Positions 38,781 to 52,789 of a DNA stretch of 64,000 nt are shown one piece after another. How positions within the stretch are numbered: the first letter of the stretch is position 1; the number at the start of each line of letters is the position of its first letter. The notes beneath the pieces are model-generated. The model did not search any database. It worked only from the letters and a program-made list of their open reading frames with translations, and had not been told where the DNA came from. Source of the DNA: Perna viridis (Eukaryota); the NCBI GenBank assembly GCA_037379345.1, contig CM074516.1, positions 372,001 to 436,000 on the forward strand, read 5' to 3'. The position numbers and the translations under genes were made by a program.

Positions 38781-39959
38781 CTTTGAGATTGCACCACCAG
38801 ATGACATTTAGAATGTGTAAAATTCTTAATCTATTAATATAAGATGGTTCATGATGAAATCATTAACTTGGCATCATCATTAAAGGCAGCAAGTGGCACT
38901 AAAGACAGAACTTAATATCTATTTGTTGTTGGCTGTAATGACAATGTCATGTCTGTCTGATGTCTACTTCCTGTATTGTATTATTGAAGGTACTAATCAC
39001 CCTGTAATGACAATGTCATGTCTGTCTGATGTCTACTTCCTGTATTGTATTATTGAAGGTGCTAATCACCCTGTAATGACAGGAAATTAATCTTGGTGTC
39101 GCTTTCCAGGTGCATTGTGGGTAAAATTCTAATAGGAGTAATACTTCGTTAATATTGAAAATAATTCAATGATATAAGATTTATTGATGTTTAAAGATGG
39201 AATTTTCAAAGAACATTAGCTCAAGAAAACTGAAAAAAAAATGAACAAATCATGAAAGCAATATTTAAAAATGATTTGTGCCAAATCAAAATGATTACTT
39301 ATAATAAAAAATAACTTGAAAACTATGCATATTCAGTGGAATTATGATATGAAAACTAAGTACATTAATTAGCTATAATAACCTGAAAACTAATTTACAC
39401 TTAGTGGGTAAAATCAATACAATGTAGGTGGAACCTGTAAGAGAACAAAGTTGAATATTGGCATTTTTTTTAAGAATAATTGTACCTTTTACAGTTTTAG
39501 CTAGGGTTATTATTTTACTTCACAGCTTTAAAAAACTTTATTTGAAGTGATTTGTTAAAGAAATGAAACCCTTTATTACTAGTTGCCATCTGCTTATGTT
39601 ATCCATTTAGTTTATCAGTATATCTTCCTTAGGTTAACTGAAATCAGGCTCTCGGTACAGTTCTAAGGTGTATTGATTACCAGTATGAGAACTTATTCCT
39701 CTATAATAACCTGAAAACTTAGTATACTCAAAGGCTATGATAACCTGAAAGTTAAGTATACTCAGTTGCTTTGGTAACCTGAAAACTAAGTACACTCATT
39801 TGGTAAAAATAACCTGAAAACTCAATGGGTAATAAATTAAGTACACTCAGAGGGTAAAAATGTAAACAGACACATTAAAGGATAAAATTTACTGTTAGAT
39901 TATTATGTTGGATTATCTTCCCTTAAGCTTGCAAAGAGTTAAATTATGGGAACTAAGAT

Positions 39960-40260
39960 TCTAGTGGAAATCAAAATAATGTAATCCAGGGACAAAGACA
40001 TGGAAAACAGACAAACACAACAAAGAACATATAATAAATAAAGTAATACATACAAAGTAACAAAAGTAAATGAGCAACTCGGACTCCACTAAAAATTGGG
40101 AGCATGGACCATGTACACCGGTAGGGTAAGCTACCTCTACTTTTGTGGAAACACCGGCCAAGTTGCTCATAAAAGGTCAAGTCTGGGGTAGACATAAAAG
40201 GAAAACTATCTCGATGAAAACAAACATCTTCTATCATACACAGCTGCAATTTGTGGCAAA
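39960..40260. mobile_element. Dispersed repeat, copy 2
   Basis: Same family and orientation as 9390-9590. Confidence 0.7.
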
Positions 40261-41934
40261 TAGTTTTGTAAAATTCATCGGTCAGTTTCTGAGGAGTTTT
40301 GCTTAAGTTGTCAGTGAATATACTCTACTACAAATATCGTAACCATGTAAAAACAGCTTCATAACCAATGGGAATATTTCCCAGCAAAGTTTGGTGGCCT
40401 ATCTCTTGTGTAAATTTATAATCAACCTAAGAATATTTTTTTTCATAGAAATTGACTTTAGTTTGACATCATGTCAGTTACTTTAAAACATCAGACTCAT
40501 GTGTTTACCATGGGATTAAGTTTACTTATCTGATGGATGGTTTGAGAAGATATATAATGAATGTTTCTGCAATGATTTTATTTTGTAGCACAAGTTTCTA
40601 AGCTGCATAAAAGTAATAGAATTAAAACATGGATGTCATTCAATACTTAAATTTTCATACTGCATTTATTTAAAACTTTAGTTGCTTTGCTCAGTAAATC
40701 AGGAAGATTTTAAGTCTTCTAATTTTGTTTCTATAGATTGCCTAGAGATTGCTCACATTAAGTGAGATTTGTCCCCATTTCACAGTAAATGATTCCCCCT
40801 GAGGAATTTAGCCTATACTATCAGCTTATGTTGACCCCATGTTGATCATTATGTCTCCCCTTTCTAATCCTTTTCAGTCTTTCTTTTTGTCTAATTGTAC
40901 AGTAAATGTCTCCTCCTTCTAATACTTTTTGGTCTATCTTTCTGCCTGTTTGTACAGTAAATAGTCAGCACAACTTAGAGTAGAATTCCATGATACTTTG
41001 TAGGTGTTAATAACCGTATTTTGTAGTTCACCACAAAATTTTGAGTTTCGTTGGAGTTATGCAGAATTGGGAGACTTACATTTTGGAACATAGTTTTAGG
41101 GAGAATTCAGACTAACATTTTGGAACATGGTTTTAGGGAGACACATATATTATTTTTCTTTCACACAATGGATATGAAGGGTTAAATCACATTGTTTTGT
41201 TTTTTTTTTAATTTTATTTCAGCCATTATGAACTTATGACACAGCATTACGTAAAACTTCTGACCAAACAAATATTTATACTCTGAAATAAGATGGCTGT
41301 GCAATTGATTATAATCTGAAACAATATAAAAATATTTGTAAGGCATTGAAAATCCCATATTTATACAAGATCTACAAATTTATTGTTTTTTTTCATAATT
41401 TGACAAGTTATAATTTTTGACAGCTTAGACTATAAATACAATTCTGCATTTGAAACACATGACAAGTCCTATACTAACGAAGTTACATATTTTTTGGAGT
41501 TACTATTCTAATAGCTTATTCTGTAATTATCCTTGGTTCCTTGGATTAGACACTTTCATGTTTGTAAAACCATTTATGTCATTTTTCAGAGGAAAGTAAT
41601 TGATTTGAATACATTCTCTTGGCATTTTCTAATGCATTAATTCCATGTTAAGAACATTGTTTTTGAACTGAGTTTAATGTCACCAAGTAAAACTCTGTCT
41701 TTTATTTGTGGGGTAAATTTGAATTCAGACCACGTAGGGGGCTTCCATTACTGCCAAGTAACTCTCATGTTTCATGAAGATTGAGCTTTTAGATTGAAAG
41801 TTCTAAAATCACAAAGTGAATTATAGGAGTTGATCCAGTCTGCATGTTTTGATAGATAGAATAATAATGAAGAACTTGGTTAAGGTTGAAACAAAATACT
41901 TTTTTCTTCTTCTGATGGCTTGTTTATAGATTTT

Positions 41935-42280
41935 TCACTAATGGTATACATGTATATACTGAATTAGGTAAACTCTCTCGCGTAGCACTGATGGTACACA
42001 TGTGTCTACTGAATTGGATGAACCATCTTGTGTAGCACTGATGGTATAAATGTATCTACTGAATTGGGTAAACTATCTTGTGTGTCACTGATGGTATGTA
42101 TACATGTATTTACTGAATCAGGTAAACTCTCGTGTATCATTGATGGCACACATGTATATACTGAATCGGGTAAATTATCTTGTGTATCACTGAGGATATA
42201 CATGTATATAATGAATCGGTTAAACTCTCTATTGTAGCACTGATGGTACACATGTATACACTGAATCTGGTAAACCTAAT
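41935..42280. repeat. Degenerate ~52-bp tandem repeat
   Basis: cactgatggtacacatgtatatactgaat..ggtaaact units. Confidence 0.85.
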
Positions 42281-43404
42281 TACTGAGCTTAGAATAGATT
42301 CTTTATCAAGTCCAATTATTATGATCTGTTTACAGTGTTCTAGAACTTTCAAAATTTTAGGTTTACACAGGAAAAGTCTAAATGATGATTAACTTTTCCA
42401 CACTTGGATCTCCCTTTCCATACTTAAATAATTATTTTAAAAAAATGAGTTTTCTACTTTCCAAAGGAAAAATGGGGCATAATTAAGAACTTTCCCACAT
42501 GAAGATTACACTTGCCCCAGGTGATGGGAATCCTAGGACACTCAAGTTAACTGTTGTTTATTTAGTTTACATGATGTTTAATTTCAGAAGTAAAACCTGT
42601 GGAAAGGTTAATAAGTTCAATGTAAAATACGAGAAAATCGTGACTAATTATTGCTTTAAATTATTATAAGACTGAATAATTATCCTTATTACACTTTAAC
42701 AAAATAATTATTCAAATAAAAACTTCATTTACCTAAAACAGATTGGTTTCTGTATGATGGATTTTGCATTTAGAATGAGTTACCAATATTTAGTTAACGG
42801 TTAAATTGTTGTCCTATTCACATTGAGTAATAGTATTAATTAGTCAATAAAGATGATTTTTACATCAGAACAGTTGGTATTCATCAAACCTTTCAATTGA
42901 CTTGTCTTTCAAAATGATGCAATTTCTGACAAATCAGGGATTTTTTATAACTGATATCTATTTCTGAGACAACACTTTTGACAGGATTCGGAAGAAACTA
43001 CCGAGTTTTGATGTCTCACCAGATGTCACATTATAACTTTAGTGACAGTATAGGAAACATTGGTTAGATTTCTTCGTGGTTTGAATCTAATCTCTAATTG
43101 TTTATTATGCATTTAGCGGAGTGGTTTGGACACAAATATAATTGCTGGTTTTGTTTTGTTCAGCAGTATCCTGTTGCTCTCAATTATAGCATCGTAATAC
43201 ATAATAATCCATCTTTTACCAAGATATTTGAAACCATTAGGGAGTGAATTCATGTATCTTTAGGAAAAGGAAGTGAAGTACCTGACAGAATGCCACTAAG
43301 TTGATACCTGTTGCTCAATTGTTACCAGTGGTCAGAGACGAGAATATTTTCTAAGTGAAGTGTGATTCTTAGAATATAAAGTTTTGATTGAAAAAAAGGA
43401 CATT

Positions 43405-45899
43405 ATTTGAGGTTTTTGATTAAGTACAGGACATAGATATTTAAGGATACTGTTATTAATAGATTTATCATTCAAATCAGATCAAACAAATGTTTACAGA
43501 TAGGTGTAAATGAAAGTGAATTGACTTCTGCTGTTAAAATTACATTATGTGAGAAAATGTGGGACATGAACTTTAACCCTGGCTATTAGTACTTATAGTA
43601 CTTGTTGATTCTGTTCTAACTGATAATATGTTGTAAGAAGTGTGATAGCACTAATAAACACCATTTAACTCCACGGCTTGTAGATACATGTAGTGTACTT
43701 CTTGTTTAGATTATTACATCTGTTACAATTTTGATCAAAATAATTGGTTAAGAAACTGTTCCTGTAGAATATACAATATATCCTGATAGAAACTGTGTTT
43801 TCTAGATAATGACCTTTGATGGAAACTGTTCCAATGAAAGTGCATGACAACAAACCTTGTTAAAACCAGAACACAAGTGTAATGACAAAAAAATTGTAAA
43901 TGTTGATTTATATAGTGTTAGTGCTGTTGCAATTAAACTAAAAACTACTTGTACCATGGATTACCATTTTTAAATTCAAAATTGATGAATGAAGCTAATG
44001 AGGAAATCAGTGATGTTTGCATAATGTTCAGCTTACATAATTGGCTGAAATAGTTTCACACTTTTGGTCCCATTTTAAAGTTCTATGATTACTGTAATGA
44101 GTAGAATGTGCATGCCTAATAATGTACCCATATTGTATCCTGTATTGCCAGTATGGAGATGACTCTCTATATTTTACTTGTCTCAGAAGAGTATGGATTT
44201 GAAAATTCTGGAAGAAATATATTGGGAAGAAGTAAAACTGTTTGAGGTAGCTATACTTATTATTTTACAGAGGTAAATAAGCTGAATTAAGTAATAAATA
44301 TTTAAATAGTACTTCTTTCATTGTAAATGTATGTATTTTTCTGGATACTTTTGTTTAAAGTACAAGATAATATTGTGACTGAGACTATGTTTACTTTTAT
44401 GTGATAACCATATGTTCAAAATGTCCAAAAGATGTGCTGTGTAGTGTAACAAATTTAATATGTGCTGTTGATATTTTGGGGCCAGTTGCCTATTGTTTTG
44501 AGGGTTTCCTCATCCTTCATTAAAGACCAAAAGGTGGCCGTGGGCTAACATTTTCATCCCAGTGTGGTTGTTGTCTCTTTGACATATGCACCATGCCTAT
44601 TCTGGTTATATGACTAGTTCTGAACGTTTTATTATTATGTAAAGCAGGTTAGGTGTTGTTTCTTGATAATCAACTCTATTGGTGCTGATTGGATTCTGTC
44701 ATTATGATACTTTGTAATCCCTGTCCAATTAATCAACTGGTAAAACAAACAGTAAAATATACTAAGTATTGGTTACCCATAAATAAAGATTGGAGTGTAA
44801 ATAACACTGTCAAACAGTCCTATCCATATATCTTTGGACATCGCCCCTCCTTCACACACTCTTGAATTGCATTTCTTTATTCAACATGTTTCTTTTTGTG
44901 ACAAACTGCTATGGTAGGGATGGTTTGGAAATAACATAGAAACCTGTTTCAAAACATTGGTTTTAGTCAGTTTTATATTTTATTATATCCCCTGCATTGA
45001 AGTGGGAGAAGTATAGTGATCATGGTGTCCATCCTTATCTCTTTGTCTTTCAGTCCTTCATCCATCCACAGTTACTTGATTACAGATTTCACTGCAACTA
45101 TTGGTCACAGTTACTTGTTTACAGATTTCTCTGAAACTACTGATTACAGTTACTTGATTACAGATTTCACTGCAACTATTGGTCACAGTTACTTGATTAC
45201 AGATTTCTCTGAAACTACTGATTACAGTTACTTGATTACAGATTTTTCTGCAACTACTGGTCACAGTTACGTGATTTTTTGGCAGAAACTTTTAGGTATA
45301 ATGTAGCATTGGACTTGACCATATTGTTTCTGTGTGGGGTACTTCTATGAACAGTTGTTGATTTAGGTAACCAATAAGCATTGGGTTTGTCTTGTGGTGG
45401 AAACGTATCATTCTGATTTAGAATTGTAGAAAGTTGTTAATACAATTTTGATAAAGTGTTATTTTCTATCAATATTTTAATTAATTGTTAAGAGCATCTC
45501 CTCGTGTGGATTAAAAGTGTGAGATATGAAAGTTTATTGCTGGAATCTATCATAAAATTGGGAAAACAATTATTTTCGAGATCTTTTTTAAAAAAGTGGT
45601 GTGATATAGCTCTTATCTTTGAAATATTTTATTGAGAAACAATGGTCTGAAGTCTAAAAAAAACTTCGGTAAGGTTTCAAATGTTAAAATACTTAAGAAG
45701 TGATAAAGCATGGTTTTAGTAGCATTTTAATTTATCTCAGGACTTTTTTGTCCCCAGTGATTTTTTACACTCCATTTGAAAGGCAATATATGTAAGTATA
45801 TTTGGTATGGTTTTAATTTTTTGATTCTAGAAATTCATTAAATCTTTAATAGGTTAAAAAATCATATCTATGTCCTGTACTTAATCAAAAACCTCAAAT
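43405..45899. repeat. Perfect 36-bp inverted repeat pair (43405-43440 and 45864-45899)
   Basis: atttgaggtttttgattaagtacaggacatagatat is the exact reverse complement of atatctatgtcctgtacttaatcaaaaacctcaaat. Confidence 0.95.
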
Positions 45900-48800
45900 T
45901 TGTAATCAAAATATGCCACAATTTATTATATGTGATTGAAACCATTTTCTTCCATTCTGAGTTGGTGATTAAAAATGAATGTGGTACACTGATTAAATTT
46001 CAGTGATTTACTGTCATTTTATATTTTCTAAGTTTTCTACAGATTTAATTGGTAAGTGATTGCCCTTTGGCCAATTCCTGATTTAAAATACTTTTCAACT
46101 CTCTATGGTAAAATTATGATTTTAACATGCTCCCTGTTTAAAATCTCAATTTCCCATATCCAGTGAAGAAAATAATTGAATTCATTACTGAAGGAGTTGT
46201 CTCTCAAACACAAATCTGTTGAAAGCACATCACTTTCTAATTTAACTTATATGTCTCTGGAACAGAAATCTATTAATAGTACATCACGTTCTAATTTAAC
46301 TTTTCTGCTTCAAATCTAATAAAGACTAATTTTGGATGCCCCAGTCATTAAATATTCTTTGTTCTATAAACCTATCCCTCTAACCATTATTTTAAAACTC
46401 TAAAAATGGATTTAAAATTTCAAAATGTTTTTGAAAATTACTGGAAGAAAAATTCAATGAAAAAATTACTTGATTAAAGACTGAGAGGTTTCTTGTCAGT
46501 GAAATCTGCGTAGAAATCAAGTTAGATAAATGGTGTTTGGATTTGAAGGTGATCAATAAAGTTCTGAGTTTTTAACACTGGTGAATCAGAAAGTAAATGG
46601 ATTTTTTATATGCTCCTAAATGTGGTCATAAATAGCAATTAGAATAACATCTTTGGTAAAAGGTTATTTCATACAAAGAAGTCACTGAATTGTTTTTTTA
46701 TTTTATTTTTTTTTTTTTTTACATTTTTTCCTTGAAATGTACATTTAAGCTTCCATAATAATCGTTTGTTATAATTGAGCATCTATGGCTTTCTCTGTGT
46801 GATGATCATGAAACAATCCTAAATAAATGTACACATTAGGAAAACTTGTCACATTGGCTGTTATAAATGTACCCATGTGAAAAAGGGGCATTGTATTGGA
46901 AGGCTGTCGGTAGTGGATACATAGCATTTGTTGGTCATTGAATGATTAATCAGGGTGATATGTTCCTTGGGTGAAAGTGAAGATTTTTTGTATTTTATTG
47001 GATTTATTGAAAGTCGATGGAGTTTAAGTACTTAAGGAAACATGCATTGGTAGTTTCTATGCTATCTTGTTGATAATTCAGTTTCAATTGTGATGAATGC
47101 CGTAGGATATAAAATTATTGGAATCTGTCAAATGGAGCACACACATTACAAAGCAGAAATGTAAACAATTGTTTTCTGTCGCTGGTATGCTAGACGTTCT
47201 TTCTAAGAACAATTGGGAATTGGAAACTGATTCATTTAAAAATATCATACTAGTGTTATATAGTAAAGTGCAAGTATGCAAATACATGATAGCACATTAA
47301 TTTTTAGGATTGTGTTCAATTTCTAATGGAAAATGGATGAGAGGTATCCTTGCGGAAGTCAGTATTATATTTCGCCTAAAAACAGTCGTAGACTAATGTC
47401 ACCAAAACATTCACCTAGATCATTATCGCTATCACCAAGGATTAATAAACCAAGGAGACGGGTCTATTTTCAGGTGTGTAGATTCCATTAATTAAAAGGG
47501 AAATCTTGTATCACAATACTATTAGGAAAAGCTAGTGTTTAAAAAAGTTTATGTAGTATATTGAATTATAAGGGAGTAAATTTTCATATTTCTTACTGAA
47601 GACTGTGTTATGATAATCACTCATAAAGCAAATTTTTTCTGTATTCCTGTCATTTTAGAGTTTTCTGTATGTGTGAATTTGTTAGTGTTAATTTCTAAAC
47701 GAACAACTTACATCACTTGTTTTACAGTTAGAACAAAGTTGATGGTATATAGGAATCATTCGTTTTGTTCACATTTCTCCTTATGGGAATATTGTTATTG
47801 TAAAGAATACTACAGTAAAGCAGGTTTGGTCATGACTCAGTTTTTGTCTTTATTGAATGACTTGTGATGTACCATGGATCTTAATCCCGAATGGGAAGAT
47901 TCGGAATTGATTTTATATACGATGAGGACATAACTTTTTGTAGGTTTAAACTGGTCTGGAGCTGGTATGTCAGTTAACTGCTAGTAGTCCTTTATGCCTT
48001 TGTGTAATGAATAATCAGTTTCTATGTTTCTGTTTTAACAAGGGACCTTTTGATTTTTAGGTATGTTTGATTGTGTAGTATTTTTTGGCCACATTTGTAA
48101 GGGGGTTGTGATCATGCCAAAGTAATTTAATCCCACCACATTTTTTGTGCCGGTCACAAGTCAGGAATTTTTGGCCTCTGTAAGTATTGATTTGTTTTCA
48201 CTTTCAGTTTACTTTTATGTTCCTGGAGTATGTACCAATATACTTCACTGTATCTGTGTATATTACTTTTATGTTGCTGGAGTATATACCAATATACTTC
48301 ACTGTACCCATGTATAATATTTGTTTGTTTCCAGAGTATATACCAATATACTTCACTGTACCTGTGTATAATACTTTTATATTGCTGATGTATGTAGGGG
48401 CAACTATATCACTGTACCTATGTATAATCTTTTTTGGGGGCCAGCTTCATCCTGTCCAGTGGTGTGAAGGTTTCCATGTTGTTCATTGAAAACCTATGGG
48501 TGGCCTTGAGCTAAAATTTTTCATCCTGATGGAGTTGTTTTTGACATCCATTCTCATTATACGGGTACCAGAATATGTCAGTTTTTGGGTATTATAATTA
48601 CCACAACATGTAAGTTTTGGGTATAAAACCACAGGATGTCAGCTTTTTAGTACATGTATATATGTCACAGAATGTCAGTTTTTGAGTTATTTTCTAAAAC
48701 CTGATTCTAATGTCACTTCAATGTCAATGACATTGATTCTTGATGTGGAAAAATAATCAGAAATACTGTCAATGTCAAAAAATGTTTCCATCAGCACCAA

Positions 48801-49239
48801 AGCACTCAAGCAGTCAGACCTAATTGCATTCTCCATTTCCAGGCCTTGGATTGCTTCCGCTGTTCGTCCGACAATTTCCTGTTCTGAAAATTTAATAACT
48901 AGCATGTTCATCACTATTATTCACTGTGGTATTACACTGTAGATTTGAAATTGATTGGATATTGATTTCATCAGGCGTTATTTTTGCAAATTACATGTTT
49001 TTTTTTTGTCAATTAAGCAGCTTTATTTTTTTATATGTAAAGTTACAATGGAACTGTTTGAATCCTTCCAAATTTTGGAGTGAATATGACAGGTCACTGA
49101 TTAAACATTTTATTGACCTATTATAATTCTATCAGACAGCATTCTTGAATTATCAGACTGTACATGGTAGATTCCATTGTACATGTATAAAAATTAATAT
49201 AAAGTCATTGTAAAGACATTGAGTATTTGTTTAGTATAC

Positions 49240-49700
49240 AAGGTTACCCGTTTGCTGTTCTGCAGACGTAAGATTGTTCCATGTGATAGGTTACCCGTTC
49301 GCTGTTCTACAGATGTAAGATTGTTCCGTGTGATAGGTTACCTGTTTGCTGTTTTGCAGATGTAAGATTGTTCCGTGTGATAGGTTACCCGTTTGCTGTT
49401 CTGCAGATGTAAGATTGTTCCGTGTGATAGGTTACCCGTTTGCTGTTCTGCAGATGTAAGATTGTTCCGTGTGATAGGTTACCCGTTCGCTGTTCTGCAG
49501 ATGTAAGATTGTTTCGTGTGATAGGTTATCCGTTTGCTGTTCTGCAGATGTAAGATTGTTCCGTGTGATAGGTTACCTGTTTGCTGTTCTGCAGATGTAA
49601 GATTGTTCCGTGTGATAGGTTACCCGTTCGCTGTTCTGCAGATGTAAGATTGTTCCGTGTGATAGGGTACCCGTTTGGTGTTCTGTAAATGTACGATTTA
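49240..49700. repeat. 47-bp tandem repeat, about 10 copies
   Basis: ggttacccgtttgctgttctgcagatgtaagattgttccgtgtgata units. Confidence 0.95.
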
Positions 49701-50844
49701 GACAGGAAATTTACTGTGCATTTGAAATTAATTGTACTTTCATGTTTTTTTTTTGTTTTTTTTTTTTTGTGCTCTTAATTATTCCATGTTTTTATACTAC
49801 ATAAGAATGAATAAGGATTATTAAAACTATTTAATTACACTTATGGTTGTAATTAGCTGTAACATTTTTAGTCCAGATTATTGTTGCATCTTTGAAGGAT
49901 TGGTTATTAGTCGAGATTATTGTGGCATCTGTGAAGGCATGGCTATTAGTCCATATTATCTTGGAGTCTGTGAAGGCATGGTTATTTGTTAACATTATCT
50001 TGGAATTTGTAGAGGCATGATAATTAGTCCAGATTATCCTGGGATCTGCAAAGGCATGGTTATTAGCCCAGATTATCATGGCATCTGCAAAGGCATGATA
50101 ATTAGTCCAAATTACTGTGGCATCTGTGAAGGCATGATTATTAATCAGATTATTGTGGCATCTGCGAAGGCTTGGTTATGACATTTTGACTTTAACTCTG
50201 ATACCACTTTCAATGTGTCTTACTTTATCGCTGTGATTTTTTTTAGGCAGACAGCTGTCAATTAGGATTACATAATGCTAGATTTCAGTTGTCTGTAAAC
50301 TTTAGTCCAAAGATGATGCTAAATGGTTTAAAACCTATACATGGGCCAAGATTTGTATTGGATGTTCTAATCACCATAATTAATCTGACTTCCTGATATT
50401 TTTGGGGTTTTTTTTGGTAAAAAATGTCATTTAAAGTTATCATTTGAATCCACAGAGATTGTAGATCATACATTTGAGGTTGAATATTTGTTATCTTTTG
50501 GTAGAATTTAACTTCTTTGCTCAGACAAATCATCAGTTACAAGAAAATATAGGAAGAAGATTTGATAATAGTTAATAATGATAAAGATTGAAATATCCCC
50601 AAGAAAGATCATCATATTTGGTCTGAAACCTGCCAATAACAGATAATGTAATCTTTCTCTAACTGATGTTTATTTGGGAAAAATAATTAATTGCTACAGT
50701 TAGGATTTACAATAAATAGCAACATTACTAGGCATTTTTTGTTGTAGGATCCAATTATTTTGAAGGGAGAACTTGCAATAGGAAAATATAAAGATAACGA
50801 TTTATCCAATCAATGTCCTAGCAGTAATAAAACTGAGAGAGAAT

Positions 50845-51122
50845 AAGTTAATACACATAGTCAAATCAGTTAAATGAAGATTGTTTACAAGTTAATACAC
50901 ATAGTCAAATCAGTTAAATGAAGATTGTTTACAAGTAAATACACGCAGTCAAATCAGTTAAATGAAGATTGTTTACAAGTAAATACACATAGTCAAATCA
51001 GTTAAATGAAGATTGTTTACAAGTAAATACACGCAGTCAAATCAGTTAAATGAAGATTGTTTACAAGTAAATACACACAGTCAAATCAGTTAAATGAAGT
51101 TAATACAGACAGTCAAATGAAG
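50845..51122. repeat. 44-bp tandem repeat
   Basis: aatacacatagtcaaatcagttaaatgaagattgtttacaagt units. Confidence 0.9.
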
Positions 51123-51651
51123 TTTAGGTAATGCTTGCTCACTTTTCACATGTATAAATTACATGCAGTTGCTGCAGGTTTAGTGTTTGGATGTTCATGC
51201 TTCAGTGGGTTCAGACATGTGTATGTCAGGTCTTGGGCCCTAAACTGCCACTGAAACTGCTGACTTACAACCTTTTAAACTTCATTTGCCTATGACCTTG
51301 ACCTTCTACCCTTTTTGATTTTCCGTAAGTGCACCATTGATTTGAAAAGTCCAGGACCTTCCACAAACATGTTTTAACAGTAAAACATAGGAAAGGGGGA
51401 CTAATGTTCTGGATTTTATTAAATAAATCTGGATGGTTACCGTTTACTAGTTCACTTCCAAATATTGTCTTTTTGTCACTTTTATTGTTAAACCATTAGA
51501 TTACTTCTATGTAGACTTATTGACTTCCATTTAAAGCATCAAGTTTACCTAATAAAATAGGTTCTTTAAATCTGTCAAATTAACACTTTTTCCTTATTGT
51601 ATATAAATCAGCCAGTTTTTCCTGACAGTATGGAAACAGTGTAGACATACA

Positions 51652-51860
51652 GATCAAACGTACATATAGTATCCCTGGTAATCAGGTTAAACTTATATAT
51701 AGTATCCCTGGTAATCAGGTCAAACGTACATATAGTATCCCTGGTAATCAGGTTAAACTTACATATAGTATCCCTGGTAATCAGGTCAAACGTACATATA
51801 GTATCCCTGGTAATCAGGTCAAACCTACATATAGTATCCCTGGTAATCAGGTTAAACTAC
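51652..51860. repeat. 33-bp tandem repeat x6
   Basis: acatatagtatccctggtaatcaggtcaaacgt units. Confidence 0.9.
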
Positions 51861-52789
51861 AGGAAACTGATCTTTGGCCAAGTCAATTAGAGAAGAAAAC
51901 ATTGCCAAGGCCAGGTTGTTTTATATGATAGGTGTCAAATACTTTAACATGAAAGATTGCTGCTTCAGAAAATTTAAAGCTGCATAATGTTTTTACTGAG
52001 AACAGTAGACACAAACATATCAAGGGTTTGGTGAAAATTGTCTGTTATTTGAAAGATACAAATTTCTCTAATGAAGCATTGCAAAATTGTCATACCTAAC
52101 CAAACGATAATTAACTCTTTTTTTTTCTTGTGACTTACTATTGTCTTTTTAAATACTATCAGTGCATTTGTTGTAGTCTTTTGAAGAATGCAATACATTG
52201 ACTAATTATTGCTTTTGTACTCATCAAACAGCAGAGTTGTGTGAGAGAAAGCTGAGACATTATATTTGCTGTTTTCCATAATGAATTAATCAACTTTTAT
52301 CAAATGTTTGCTTTATAATAGAATCCAATGCTTGGATAGAAGGTGCTTGAAAAATGAGATGGAATTGCATGAAAATTTGCATTGGTATCATAAAATATAA
52401 AGTTTTAAGTACATTACCATTAGAAATTCAGATCATAGTAAACTATTATGAATGAGCAAGTATGATTCTTCCTAAATATCATGCAGATGGTGTTTCTTTA
52501 TAGCCCAGGTAACAAAGTTGTGTTGTGTGTGTTGTTTTTGATATAACTGTTTGTATGTCTATAAGTACTCTTTGTCATATTACTGAAAAGAATCTCAAGT
52601 ATGTAGTAAGCTCACAGTATATAGTTGAATGTGCATTTTACCTGGTTACTCTTAAGTATTTATAGACCATTTTAGTGGTACCTGAGATGTATATTGTACA
52701 TTATCAGTAAGTGGTAATTGTTGAAATGTTACATTGTAAAATTTTGTATAAATTTGGGAGGAGGGGATTTTTAGGTATGCAGAATATAT

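Noticed and set aside
47874-47933. accATGg ORF MDLNPEWEDSELILYTMRT
   Set aside because: It terminates at TAA before any donor and is too short to support.
49240-49700. CRISPR-like appearance of the regular repeats here and elsewhere
   Set aside because: Units are head-to-tail with no unique spacers, there are no cas genes, and the context is a eukaryotic intron.
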